Positions 23,958 to 31,875 of a stretch of DNA of 40,230 nucleotides are shown here, piece after piece. The position numbers and the translations under genes were made by a program. The stretch lies in the IMG/VR virus record IMGVR_UViG_3300023171_000004, positions 1 to 40,230 of that record; one strand, 5' to 3'. The stretch's first letter is position 1. The number at the start of each line of letters is the position of its first letter. The notes under the pieces were generated by a model that had not been told where the DNA came from, did no database searches, and saw nothing but the letters and a program-made list of their open reading frames with translations. This DNA comes from a virus.

Positions 23958-24362
23958 ATGAAAAAAATATTACTATTAATTACGCTAACGTTCGGAGTAT
24001 TGTTTACTCAAGCTCAGAACAGTGGTGATTTCGCTGGGTCTGTCCAGTTGAATAAAACAATGACTAATGCTCAAACAGATTCGGTTCTGGTAAGCATCGG
24101 CGGTTCTCGTTCTGCTGTTACGTTTAAGTACGATATTACAAAAGTTTCCGGTACTGTTGCAGGTACTATTACTTTGCAATATAAATTAACTAACTTAGGA
24201 TCGGAGAAATGGTTTACCTATAACACGTACACGCTAACAGATGCGAGCGCAGTGGTTACGGTTCCATTGACGAACAACCCTGCATTACGGTGGAAGATTA
24301 TAACCGCTACTACAGGAACATCGGTCAGCACTCATAACAAGTATTTACTTTACAGAAAATAG
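23958..24362 (+). CDS. Exported beta-rich 134-aa protein encoded inside the head module
   Basis: MKKILLLITLTFGVLFTQAQ/NS is a canonical Sec signal peptide. The mature part is rich in Thr/Val/Ser beta-strand pattern. Confidence 0.6.
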   Translation: MKKILLLITLTFGVLFTQAQNSGDFAGSVQLNKTMTNAQTDSVLVSIGGSRSAVTFKYDITKVSGTVAGTITLQYKLTNLGSEKWFTYNTYTLTDASAVVTVPLTNNPALRWKIITATTGTSVSTHNKYLLYRK

Positions 24363-24365
24363 ATT

Positions 24366-24623
24366 ATGGCAAAACAGAACGAAAACGATTCCCCTAGCGT
24401 TAAACGCAACGAGGAATTTGATGCGACATTCAGCTCTAAAAAGATGTTGAAGGAAAACGCAGAAAAAGGCACTAAAATTAAATACAACGACAGGCTGAAA
24501 GTTGAGATTATTCAACAAACACAGTTCTACAAAATTGGGCAGGTTATTAACCCTGCAAAGGTAAAGGGTCAGGCGCTTATCGATCAAAAGATCGCTAAGA
24601 AGTTTGTGCCTAAAGAAGATTAG
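24366..24623 (+). CDS. Lysine-rich 85-aa hypothetical protein
   Basis: Track ORF followed by a strong terminator. Confidence 0.55.
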   Translation: MAKQNENDSPSVKRNEEFDATFSSKKMLKENAEKGTKIKYNDRLKVEIIQQTQFYKIGQVINPAKVKGQALIDQKIAKKFVPKED

Positions 24624-24646
24624 GTGTTTTCATAGATTGTTAGTTT

Positions 24647-24680
24647 AATCCTCTCGTTGTGAAACGGGGGGATTTTTTGT
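24647..24680 (+). terminator. Rho-independent terminator ending the head operon
   Basis: AATCCTCTCG (24647..24656) pairs with CGGGGGGATT (24665..24674): 10 bp including two G-U pairs, with an 8-nt loop, running into T6. Confidence 0.65.
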
Positions 24681-24874
24681 TATAGGTATAAATTATAAAT
24701 GTATAGAATATACATACCGCTAAAAGCGGTTACACATATATTTATTATAAAGGTTGTGTAAAGCCAATTTGGTTCCTTATTTGCGAAGTGCATAAAAAGA
24801 ATGAAATGAAAATAACCTCCGCATATTCCAGATAAAGGAAATAAAACCAGGCATATATTATATATTGTTTCCAT
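24680..24874 (-). CDS. Antisense cargo gene: 64-aa two-TM membrane protein
   Basis: The start is trimmed to the ATG at 24874 (METIYNICLVLFPLSGICGGYF...), 4 nt after the - strand box TATATTTG. The gene is AT-rich and opposite in polarity to the flanking virion genes. Confidence 0.5.
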   Translation of the reverse strand: METIYNICLVLFPLSGICGGYFHFILFMHFANKEPNWLYTTFIINICVTAFSGMYILYIYNLYL

Positions 24875-24878
24875 ACCC

Positions 24879-24886
24879 CAAATATA
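24879..24886 (-). promoter_or_regulatory. -7 box TATATTTG (- strand), followed by GGGT then ATG
   Basis: The reverse complement of caaatata at 24879..24886. The arrangement TTTGGGGTATG is identical to that at 27947. Confidence 0.45.
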
Positions 24887-24933
24887 CAAAACCTACCTAT
24901 TGTCTTTTGTAACATTTTCACTACCTTTACCAT

Positions 24934-25542
24934 ATGAGTTATCAAATTAGAATTATCACAGATGTGCTGCCAGAAGATGAGCCAGTAACATTAGCTATGC
25001 AAAAGGCTTGGTCTAGGATTGATGATGATTACGCAATGGATGATCAGCAGTTATTAGCTCAGATAACCGCCGCCAGGGAATTGTTAGAGCAGCATACAAA
25101 TATCGGTATGGCTGTTAAAAAGCTGGAATTGCAATGGTATGGTGATAAGATCGAATTACCTTTTTCGCCTACTGGAGATATTATCTCTGTTACTAAGGCA
25201 GATGGAACCGTATTGACTACTGATGAATATTACGAAGATTCTTTTCAGGCTAAATCCATCGGAATTAAAGGCTGTCATACTGTTGCTGGTAATTGGTTTT
25301 ACTCAGAGATATTCGGGACTGCAGAGTTCACGCCGCTTATACCCGAATACGGGATCGAGAGAGAGGTATATAAATGCGTTTACGAAACTGGATATTCTGA
25401 AAACATCCCGGTATCACTAAAGAACGCGATAATGACTCAGGCTGATTATACTATCAAAAACTTTGGAATGCCTACTAATGAAATCGTATCTACCGAAGCA
25501 TTAAGAATGGCCAATAAATATTCCCGAAACCTAGTTCTATGA
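24934..25542 (+). CDS. Head-tail connector (gp6-like adaptor)
   Basis: DDQQLLAQITAARELLEQHTNIGMAVKKLEL fits the gp6-like connector N-terminal pattern. The ATG lies 4 nt after the box TACCTTTA. Confidence 0.65.
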   Translation: MSYQIRIITDVLPEDEPVTLAMQKAWSRIDDDYAMDDQQLLAQITAARELLEQHTNIGMAVKKLELQWYGDKIELPFSPTGDIISVTKADGTVLTTDEYYEDSFQAKSIGIKGCHTVAGNWFYSEIFGTAEFTPLIPEYGIEREVYKCVYETGYSENIPVSLKNAIMTQADYTIKNFGMPTNEIVSTEALRMANKYSRNLVL

Positions 25543-25889
25543 AAAAAATAAACTCAGGCGAACTTAACCAGAAGATAGAAATATACCGAATTATGAACGC
25601 TTCTAACGGTTCAGGCGGGACTATTCCTACTGAGACGTTATATTGGTCTACTTTCGCTAAAGTAACTCCATTGGGTAGCAATCAGACTTTAGAAGCTAAT
25701 CAGGAAATGTTAAAGGATGGTTTTAGTTTTCTAGTTCGGTATAGGAAGGATAAGACTATAACCCCTGAAATGATTATTAAGTATCGAGGTGGAGTATTGA
25801 AGATTACAAGTGCGCCGTTGGATTATCCTTATAAAGAATGGGTGTCGTTCAAAGCGATTTGGAATAATAGACCGCAGGGGGGAGAGTAA
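25539..25889 (+). CDS. Head-closure / head-tail joining protein (SPP1 gp16-like)
   Basis: GELNQKIEIYR...WSTFAKVTPLGSNQ...FLVRYRKDKTITPEMIIKYRGGVLKITS matches the Phage_H_T_join pattern. Confidence 0.75.
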   Translation: MKKINSGELNQKIEIYRIMNASNGSGGTIPTETLYWSTFAKVTPLGSNQTLEANQEMLKDGFSFLVRYRKDKTITPEMIIKYRGGVLKITSAPLDYPYKEWVSFKAIWNNRPQGGE

Positions 25890-25895
25890 GATACA

Positions 25896-26381
25896 ATGTC
25901 AAGAGTAACCAGCACAGTAGATTTAAATAGATTGTCTCAGGCCGTACAATTACGGGTTAAAGAGATCGTTGAGGTTAATACGGGTGATCTGGAAATGGAA
26001 GCTATACGTAATGCGCCAGGTCCAGGCGAAAGAATACAGACCGAACACGGAGCTGTTAGTGAATCAGATATACGTAATGGCAGATGGACTCCTATTAGTC
26101 AGGCAATAGGATATAGAATTAGTAATAGCGGTTATACAGGCAGGGTGTTCGTTGAAAGGTCGGCGGGAGATATAGCTGCGTGGGTGGAATTTGGAACAGG
26201 TCAGAGCGCCGCAAGATACCTAAGTACCGTCCCAGCTCGATGGAGAGAAATAGCTAGGAGATACTATATCAATGGGCGAGGCACGATCATTGGCCGCCCT
26301 TTTTTACTACCAGCATTCATGAAGTACTCAGTGATATTTCAGAAAGAGTTGAAAGAGGTGTTTAGGAATATTCGGGTGTAA
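25896..26381 (+). CDS. Neck / tail-attachment protein (HK97 gp10-like)
   Basis: Called from position and size (161 aa) after the head-closure gene. General gp10-like pattern only, so the family call is weak. Confidence 0.5.
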   Translation: MSRVTSTVDLNRLSQAVQLRVKEIVEVNTGDLEMEAIRNAPGPGERIQTEHGAVSESDIRNGRWTPISQAIGYRISNSGYTGRVFVERSAGDIAAWVEFGTGQSAARYLSTVPARWREIARRYYINGRGTIIGRPFLLPAFMKYSVIFQKELKEVFRNIRV

Positions 26382-26404
26382 AAAAGCCCCACCAAAGTGA
26401 GGCT
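26380..26404 (-). terminator. Hairpin plus T-run terminator for the antisense gene 26414..26650
   Basis: AGCCCCAC pairs with GTGAGGCT (one mismatch) around a 4-nt loop. The A-run at 26380..26385 gives T6 on the - strand. Confidence 0.5.
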
Positions 26405-26413
26405 GATGTATAT

Positions 26414-26650
26414 TTAATGCGGCTGGTATTGATTTGGGCCTCCAGTATCTTTTTGCACTACCTTTATTCCATCGTCAATTATTTCTAATTGGGAATGATC
26501 AATGTAAAGGGTTTCTCCTGCTTTATTGTCGATGCTTTTACCTGCAACACAATACTGTTTACATCCATTTAGATACTTTATTTCTGCGGTTGCAATTCCT
26601 TCGTATCCAGAAACAATGCATTTTACTTTGCTTCCTAGTCTTATATCCAT
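26414..26650 (-). CDS. Antisense cargo gene: 78-aa small beta-barrel-type phage protein
   Basis: The start is trimmed to the ATG at 26650. MDIRLGSKVKCIVSGYEGIATAEIKYLNGCKQYCV recalls a widespread small phage protein pattern (G.kVk..vtGf.G.v.....yl.GC.qy.V). Confidence 0.55.
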   Translation of the reverse strand: MDIRLGSKVKCIVSGYEGIATAEIKYLNGCKQYCVAGKSIDNKAGETLYIDHSQLEIIDDGIKVVQKDTGGPNQYQPH

Positions 26651-26731
26651 ATTTGTTATTTTAAGTGAAACCAAACATACCACTTAACCCCAACATTTCA
26701 CTATATGTAATACAATCGTTACATTTACCTT

Positions 26732-27196
26732 ATGAAATCAGTAACACTAGGAGTCAGAACCGCATTCGTACAGGCGTTGCAGGGTATAACGTTCGAGGGA
26801 GAAGCTATCCCTGTTTGGGAAGAGGTAGCTAATCCTGGCAAAGCAAACTTAACAATCGGCAATGTAGATGTAGAAGCCTATATTATCATCCAGAATCAAA
26901 CGGCTAACGATATGTCAGCTAAGTGCAGGCGAACAGATCAGACTTCAATACAGGTGCAGATTAATACATTGTTCCCGATTGGATCAGGGGGGAGTTGGAT
27001 AGCAGAGCAAATAAGTGAATTGGTTTGTGATAAGCTGTTTACTGCAACGAATCTAGGTACTAGTATAGTTATGCCAGAACCGTTTCAGATGTGGAGAAGT
27101 ACATTGGAATCAAGTAGAAACATCCCATACCAGACAGACGTTAACTTCGTGTGGGTACATAACATGACTTTTATAGCATGGGTAAGCCAGAATTAG
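26732..27196 (+). CDS. Tail completion / tail terminator candidate
   Basis: 154 aa between the neck and tube genes. The ATG lies 4 nt after the box TACATTTA (26720..26727). Confidence 0.5.
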   Translation: MKSVTLGVRTAFVQALQGITFEGEAIPVWEEVANPGKANLTIGNVDVEAYIIIQNQTANDMSAKCRRTDQTSIQVQINTLFPIGSGGSWIAEQISELVCDKLFTATNLGTSIVMPEPFQMWRSTLESSRNIPYQTDVNFVWVHNMTFIAWVSQN

Positions 27197-27292
27197 AAAA
27201 AATGGCTGAGGTTAAGTACCCATTCCCCCGTAAGTGTTGCGCGTTCTGTATAAAGAAGGTGATTTGGCAAAGGGAGGAATGGGTTAAACAAC

Positions 27293-27319
27293 AAAAAGCC
27301 CTAGTTAAAAACTAAGGCT
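27293..27319 (-). terminator. Hairpin plus T-run terminator for the antisense cassette 27363..27947
   Basis: AGCCCTAG pairs with CTAAGGCT (one mismatch) around a 7-nt loop. The A5 run gives T5 on the - strand. Confidence 0.45.
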
Positions 27320-27362
27320 CAAAAACTAAGTTTTGATTTTCACCAGCCTACAAGACATTGGT

Positions 27363-27563
27363 CTATTCAGTCGGATTTATTGTTATTCCAGTTGCAGTAT
27401 CTGTGATTTTTGTTTTAATATCGTAATAAAACAAAGTCCACAATTCTGAGCTATTCATTTTGTGATTATACGAAGTTGTTATTGATACGATTTGAATAGG
27501 AGTAATATTTTTATTAATCCAGTCTATCATACTCATTTTATTTAAAAACTCTTTCTCGTTCAT
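27363..27563 (-). CDS. Antisense cassette gene 3: 66-aa hypothetical protein
   Basis: Track ORF with a 4-nt overlap to the upstream gene. Confidence 0.5.
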   Translation of the reverse strand: MNEKEFLNKMSMIDWINKNITPIQIVSITTSYNHKMNSSELWTLFYYDIKTKITDTATGITINPTE

Positions 27564-27754
27564 ACTCTATACTTCTCTGGTAACGGTTTAACTTTTGGTT
27601 TCTCTTCTTTCCTATGTTCTACTGAACTATGCTGATTCTCTAACTGGAATACACGATCCTGTAAGTTTCGGATTTGTTTAAGATGTTCGCTTAGTGCTTT
27701 GCACATAATGAGTACAGCTAATAAGCTTACTAGTGCGCCGATTGTTGGTATCAT
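27560..27754 (-). CDS. Antisense cassette gene 2: 64-aa N-terminally anchored membrane protein with a coiled-coil, basic tail
   Basis: TM segment MIPTIGALVSLLAVLIMC, followed by LKQIRNLQDRVFQLENQ and KEEKPKVKPLPEKYRV. Confidence 0.55.
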   Translation of the reverse strand: MIPTIGALVSLLAVLIMCKALSEHLKQIRNLQDRVFQLENQHSSVEHRKEEKPKVKPLPEKYRV

Positions 27755-27758
27755 ATTA

Positions 27759-27947
27759 TTATTTATTTTTAAGCGTTAAATTAAAATCTTTAGGCAATTG
27801 AACTAGTTTTTCCTCTTTACTCATAGCGGCAACAAACGCATTAAGCATATCGCTTTGATTTGGTGTTAAACCTAATTGCACTATGTCTCCGTTATCTGTT
27901 TGCATTATCAATGCAACTTTGCCTTGTTCTAGTTCAGTGAATTTCAT
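27759..27947 (-). CDS. Antisense cassette gene 1: 62-aa hypothetical protein
   Basis: The start is trimmed to the ATG at 27947 (MKFTELEQGKVALIMQ...), 4 nt after the box TATGTTTG. Confidence 0.5.
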   Translation of the reverse strand: MKFTELEQGKVALIMQTDNGDIVQLGLTPNQSDMLNAFVAAMSKEEKLVQLPKDFNLTLKNK

Positions 27948-27951
27948 ACCC

Positions 27952-27959
27952 CAAACATA
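27952..27959 (-). promoter_or_regulatory. -7 box TATGTTTG (- strand), followed by GGGT then ATG
   Basis: The reverse complement of caaacata at 27952..27959. Confidence 0.45.
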
Positions 27960-28061
27960 CCTATTCCCAAAATAACTTTTTGCAACATTTCGGTTACGAA
28001 AATAACTATTGTATGTTTGTAACAATATTATTACCTTGCATGAACTTAAATAATATACAAA

Positions 28062-28520
28062 ATGACAAATTTACAAGGCACTGATTTTATTCTGGAAGTA
28101 GATACTACTACCGCCTTAACTGCTGATCGTGGAACGGACGCCAACTATCGCTTGATCGCGTGTCTTGTAACTAACGGCATCGAGATTTCTTTAGCGGAGC
28201 AATCCACTTCAAATAAGTGTGATGAGGGTTGGGGAACATCACTTTCCGGCATGGGTACATGGAGTTTCTCTGCTGACGGTCAAGCGGTATCGTTAGAATC
28301 TGGAGAAGCAGCAACTATGGCTAACTATCAAACATTGATCGATCTAGCCTTAGATAAGCAAATATTCTTTATGAGAATGACTGATTCGGGTAATACCGTA
28401 GTTAGAGAGGGTAAAGTAAGAATTTCAGCTTATTCTGAAACTGCACCTAACCAGGAGGCCTATTCATTTACAGCTACGTTTACAGGTATAGGCAAACCAT
28501 TTATCACTCCAGCAGTTTAA
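28062..28520 (+). CDS. Major tail (tube) protein
   Basis: 152 aa directly upstream of the chaperone/frameshift pair and the tape measure gene. It has a clear paralogue at 37669..38202. Confidence 0.8.
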   Translation: MTNLQGTDFILEVDTTTALTADRGTDANYRLIACLVTNGIEISLAEQSTSNKCDEGWGTSLSGMGTWSFSADGQAVSLESGEAATMANYQTLIDLALDKQIFFMRMTDSGNTVVREGKVRISAYSETAPNQEAYSFTATFTGIGKPFITPAV

Positions 28521-28521
28521 T

Positions 28522-28896
28522 ATGAACGGAATTGCTGTTATAACTATTCACGATGGTGAACTGAAAGGCGAACATACTTTGCGTTTTGGTATGCTTGGTT
28601 GCGCTGAGTTTGAGAGAAGGGTTACCGGACACACTGCAAGCCCCAACAATGTAAAGGTATTGCAGGATATGATCTATGGCGGCTTGTTCGGTGAGGCTAT
28701 GCGTAATGAGAATGTAGCGCCTGAATATTCTTTTGCCTATGATCTGTTAGAAGCGTTATCAAATCAGGATGATTACGTTGAGCAGTCTATGAAGTTGCAG
28801 GAGGTATACGAAGCAAGTAAATTTGGTAAAGCCTTTATAGCTAAATCCGAAGAATTAAAAAAAAAGTTGGAAGGCCTAGGAAATATGATCCCGTAG
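28522..28896 (+). CDS. Tail assembly chaperone (gpG-like, zero-frame product)
   Basis: Located between the tube and tape measure genes. It carries an A AAA AAG slippery site near its 3' end. Confidence 0.75.
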   Translation: MNGIAVITIHDGELKGEHTLRFGMLGCAEFERRVTGHTASPNNVKVLQDMIYGGLFGEAMRNENVAPEYSFAYDLLEALSNQDDYVEQSMKLQEVYEASKFGKAFIAKSEELKKKLEGLGNMIP

Positions 28897-29237
28897 CTGA
28901 GTTTAATAAATTACAGGAGTTGGCCTACGGATGTATGGGGTTAAGTGTTGCTGAATTTGCCGCCTTAACCCCATTTCAGTTTGAATTAAAATGCAAGGGC
29001 TATGTTAGGGCTAGGGATGAGGAAGAATCGAACTTTAGGAGATTAGCCTATATCAACTTTGCAATGAGTGCCGATAAAAAGACTGCAGCTAAATATACCA
29101 TTGATGACATTTGGCCTACGAGGTCTGGAGCGGTAAAACAGAAGGAACAAAAAGGGCTTACTAAGAATAAGGTTAACAAGATGCTACAAGGCTGGATTAA
29201 AAGTAAAATAGAGAACAACGATGGACGGAATAATTAA
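28522..29237 (+). CDS. Tail assembly chaperone fusion (gpGT-like) made by a -1 frameshift at 28860..28866
   Basis: By hand translation the -1 frame is open from 28866 (GTT GGA AGG CCT...) through track ORF 28920..29237. The predicted fusion is about 238 aa. Confidence 0.65.
28860..28866 (+). other. Programmed -1 ribosomal frameshift heptamer A AAA AAG (within an A9 run at 28857..28865)
   Basis: In the zero frame the site reads TTA AAA AAA AAG, the same heptamer as E. coli dnaX. Confidence 0.65.
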
Positions 29238-31446
29238 TGTAGAGCTGACAGCGGGTGTCGGCGGTCTTGTTAGCGGGTTAAATCAGGGTCAAGCGGCTAC
29301 TCAAAGATTTTATAGAGAAGCAAATGCTGCTACTACCGGATTAGATCGCAGTTTCGCTTTGCTCAGTACTAACATTCAGCAGAATATTGGTGTAAGGGCT
29401 GTTCGGTCTATCAATACGGCCAGTAGCCAGATTACACGTGATTTAGCAAGGGCTGGAGCGAGTGCTGCAGCTATGGGGCAGGGCGTAAGGGTTGGGTCAA
29501 ATCAAGCGGCTTTTGCTTTGACTAACTTAGGCCGTGTTGCTCAGGATGCGCCCTTCGGTTTTATAGGCATTCAGAACAACCTTAATCCATTACTTGAGTC
29601 ATTCCAGCGTCTACGCGTAGAATCTGGCAGTAATGCTGCCGCTTTACGTGCATTGGGTCAATCACTAGTCGGCCCTGCTGGTATAGGTGTTGCGTTGTCT
29701 TTAATTACCGCCGCATTGACGTTTGCTCAAATGGGATTCCGTGCGTGGACTGGATCAGTTAAGTCGGCAAAGGAAGAAGCTAAAGAGTTTGTAGATACTT
29801 TAGAAGATGTGCAAAAGGCACAATTTAAGGGTATAGATTCAGCTCAAAAAGAATTGATTTCTTTACGGTCTCTATATTCCGTTGCAACAAATACTAATAT
29901 TTCACTTAAACAGCGTAAAGATGCAGTAGATGCTTTGCAACGTCAATACCCTGCTTACTTCAAAAACTTATCAGATGAGTCTATCTTAGTTGGTAAAGCA
30001 CAGCAACAGTACTATGATTTATCAAATCAAATACTCGCTACGGCACGAGCTAGGGCGGCGGAGGGTATTATAGCTAAGAACTCAACCAGACAGTTAGAGA
30101 ATGATGAAAAACTCCTTGAACTAAGAAAAAACCTAGCAGCCGCCGCAAATCAACAAGTATTAGCCGAAAAAAGACTAGAACAATCTAAATCTAACGTTGG
30201 CGATAGAGAAACGGCAGGTATAAGAGGTGAGGCAGCTGCAGCTCCATTGAGGTTTATCCAACTACAAAAGGAAATCCAAAAAGAGATAAATGGGTTATTA
30301 ACAGACACGAATCTATTAGAAGAAAGAAATCTTAGGCTGCGTGAGGAGGTCACTAAACAAGTAATAAAAGGTGCTGATTTAGCTGACTTACCTGCTGAGA
30401 AAGACAAAAGAGAAAAGAAAATAAAAACTTTGTCTGAGGTATTAAAAGAGTTGCAATTAGACTTAATTAAAACCGATGTACAATTAGGGGATACATTTTC
30501 TCAACGTGATACTAAAAAGGTAGATGCTTACCAAAAGGCGATCAATGAACTGATTGATTTGGGCTACAAACCAGAATCAGCAGCTATTCAGGAATTGATA
30601 AAGCAACAGGTTAGATTTAATCAGTTACGTGATAGTGGAGCATACCAAGAAAAGAAGCCAGACTTAGGCCCGCTTGGGGGGAGTTTAATAGGTAAGGCTG
30701 GGCAAGGCATTAAAAACCTTGCTGTTCGATTGCCAGAGGATTACAAAGCGATTCTTACCGCAACAGCTAAGTTTAATGCTGACTTTAATAGCCTAATCAG
30801 CGACGGATTTCTATCAACTGTTAGTGGTATAGGTGAATCAATAGGCGAAGCATTGGCGACTGGCGGCAATCTGATTGAAGCATTAGGGTCTAGCATCTTA
30901 GATGCGTTCGGTGGCTTCTTATCTGAGTTCGGGGACTTACTAATCAAATACGGGGCAGCCGCAGTTCTTAAAGGCAAACTGGATTTAGCCGTAGCGGTTC
31001 CAGGCGCTGGTATATTCGCAGGAGCAGCAGCAATAGCGGCGGGTATAGCCTTGAAAGTAGCCGCAGGGGCTATTAACGGATTCTCGTCTGGAAATAAGTC
31101 AGACAGCACACCAAAACGAACAGCATTCGCAAATGGAGGTGTAGTTTCTGGTCCTACCAATGCGCTTATAGGTGAATACGCTGGAGCAAGCAATAACCCC
31201 GAAGTCGTAGCGCCATTGGATAAGCTAAACGGCATGATTGCTAAGTCTATCAGATCAGCATTAGCGACTGGATTAGGAGCAATGAATAGCTACGCAGGAT
31301 CAGGTAGATCAATGCCAAATGGTGGTAACATCAGGGCTATGGGAGGGGATTTACAGCCAATAGTGTTTATAGCGGAAAACAAGATTGAGGGAGAAGCAAT
31401 AGTAACAGTTTATAGAAGGACATCAGAGAGGTTGGGGAGAACGTAA
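29221..31446 (+). CDS. Tail tape measure protein
   Basis: 741 aa, following the G/GT pair, with long helical Ala/Gln/Leu-rich stretches and Gly/Ala hydrophobic segments. Confidence 0.9.
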   Translation: MDGIINVELTAGVGGLVSGLNQGQAATQRFYREANAATTGLDRSFALLSTNIQQNIGVRAVRSINTASSQITRDLARAGASAAAMGQGVRVGSNQAAFALTNLGRVAQDAPFGFIGIQNNLNPLLESFQRLRVESGSNAAALRALGQSLVGPAGIGVALSLITAALTFAQMGFRAWTGSVKSAKEEAKEFVDTLEDVQKAQFKGIDSAQKELISLRSLYSVATNTNISLKQRKDAVDALQRQYPAYFKNLSDESILVGKAQQQYYDLSNQILATARARAAEGIIAKNSTRQLENDEKLLELRKNLAAAANQQVLAEKRLEQSKSNVGDRETAGIRGEAAAAPLRFIQLQKEIQKEINGLLTDTNLLEERNLRLREEVTKQVIKGADLADLPAEKDKREKKIKTLSEVLKELQLDLIKTDVQLGDTFSQRDTKKVDAYQKAINELIDLGYKPESAAIQELIKQQVRFNQLRDSGAYQEKKPDLGPLGGSLIGKAGQGIKNLAVRLPEDYKAILTATAKFNADFNSLISDGFLSTVSGIGESIGEALATGGNLIEALGSSILDAFGGFLSEFGDLLIKYGAAAVLKGKLDLAVAVPGAGIFAGAAAIAAGIALKVAAGAINGFSSGNKSDSTPKRTAFANGGVVSGPTNALIGEYAGASNNPEVVAPLDKLNGMIAKSIRSALATGLGAMNSYAGSGRSMPNGGNIRAMGGDLQPIVFIAENKIEGEAIVTVYRRTSERLGRT

Positions 31447-31475
31447 AAGCCCGCCTATCTCACGACAGTCGGGCT
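31445..31475 (-). terminator. Hairpin plus T-run terminator for the antisense gene 31490..31762
   Basis: AGCCCG (31448..31453) pairs with CGGGCT (31470..31475). The A4 run gives T4 on the - strand. The loop is long (16 nt). Confidence 0.4.
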
Positions 31476-31489
31476 ACGGTCTATCAATC

Positions 31490-31762
31490 TTATTGTTCTT
31501 TCTCTGTTAGTTTTTCGAACGTTGTACCGTCTGAAAGCATAATATAGTAGTCTTTACCATTGAACAATGCAATAGACTTACTACCGCTTTCATGTAAAAT
31601 AATAGCGAATATTTTATCTCGCTCAGAACCAAAGTAAGGCTCTATTTTTAACAATTCTTCAAAATGTTCTGGTGACAGGCTCTTTAAAACGAGTTGATAA
31701 TGTTGGCCTAAAATGGTATTATCCCAAATACCACTAGTCATTAATTTTCTTAAAATAAACAT
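31490..31762 (-). CDS. Antisense cargo gene: 90-aa hypothetical protein
   Basis: Track ORF between the tape measure and distal tail genes. The box TAAATTTA (31769..31776) lies 6 nt upstream of the ATG. Confidence 0.55.
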   Translation of the reverse strand: MFILRKLMTSGIWDNTILGQHYQLVLKSLSPEHFEELLKIEPYFGSERDKIFAIILHESGSKSIALFNGKDYYIMLSDGTTFEKLTEKEQ

Positions 31763-31875
31763 AGTTAATAAATTTATAAATGAATGTATAAATCAAAGGT
31801 AATACAATACTTTATTAATCTCTTACGGGTTTCCGTAAATTATATTTCCCCAAATCAATTCCCTATATTTACATC

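Noticed and set aside
27202-27315. 37-codon + strand ORF (MAEVKYPFPRKCCAFCIKKVIWQREEWVKQQKALVKN) after the tail-terminator gene, and a 39-codon ORF at 4174..4293 after the endolysin.
   Set aside because: Both are plausible but unsupported. The first overlaps the - strand terminator hairpin. The second overlaps the better-supported membrane-protein gene starting at 4275. Without conservation data I do not call either one.
27948-28025. N-terminal extensions in the ORF track that use GTG or TTG starts (28025, 37622, 26683, 24889, 5962, 7975, 3112, 16237, 16722, 37570, 2582).
   Set aside because: In each case an internal ATG follows the upstream gene's stop or sits 4 nt after a TAnnTTT[GA] box. 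The extension overlaps a promoter region or a neighbouring gene and encodes an implausible leader.
30741-31235. Long antisense ORFs inside strong sense genes: 30741..31235 and 30150..30407 (tape measure), 22591..22893 and 23531..23737 (capsid), 19631..19912 and 19970..20155 (portal), 18391..18630 and 18879..19082 (TerL), 32124..32312, 32487..32681 and 34194..34385 (distal tail protein).
   Set aside because: Each lies wholly within a gene that has recognisable motifs or an obligatory module position. Their translations are low-complexity mirrors of Ala/Gly/Ser-rich sense codons. None has a promoter box or coupling to a neighbouring gene.
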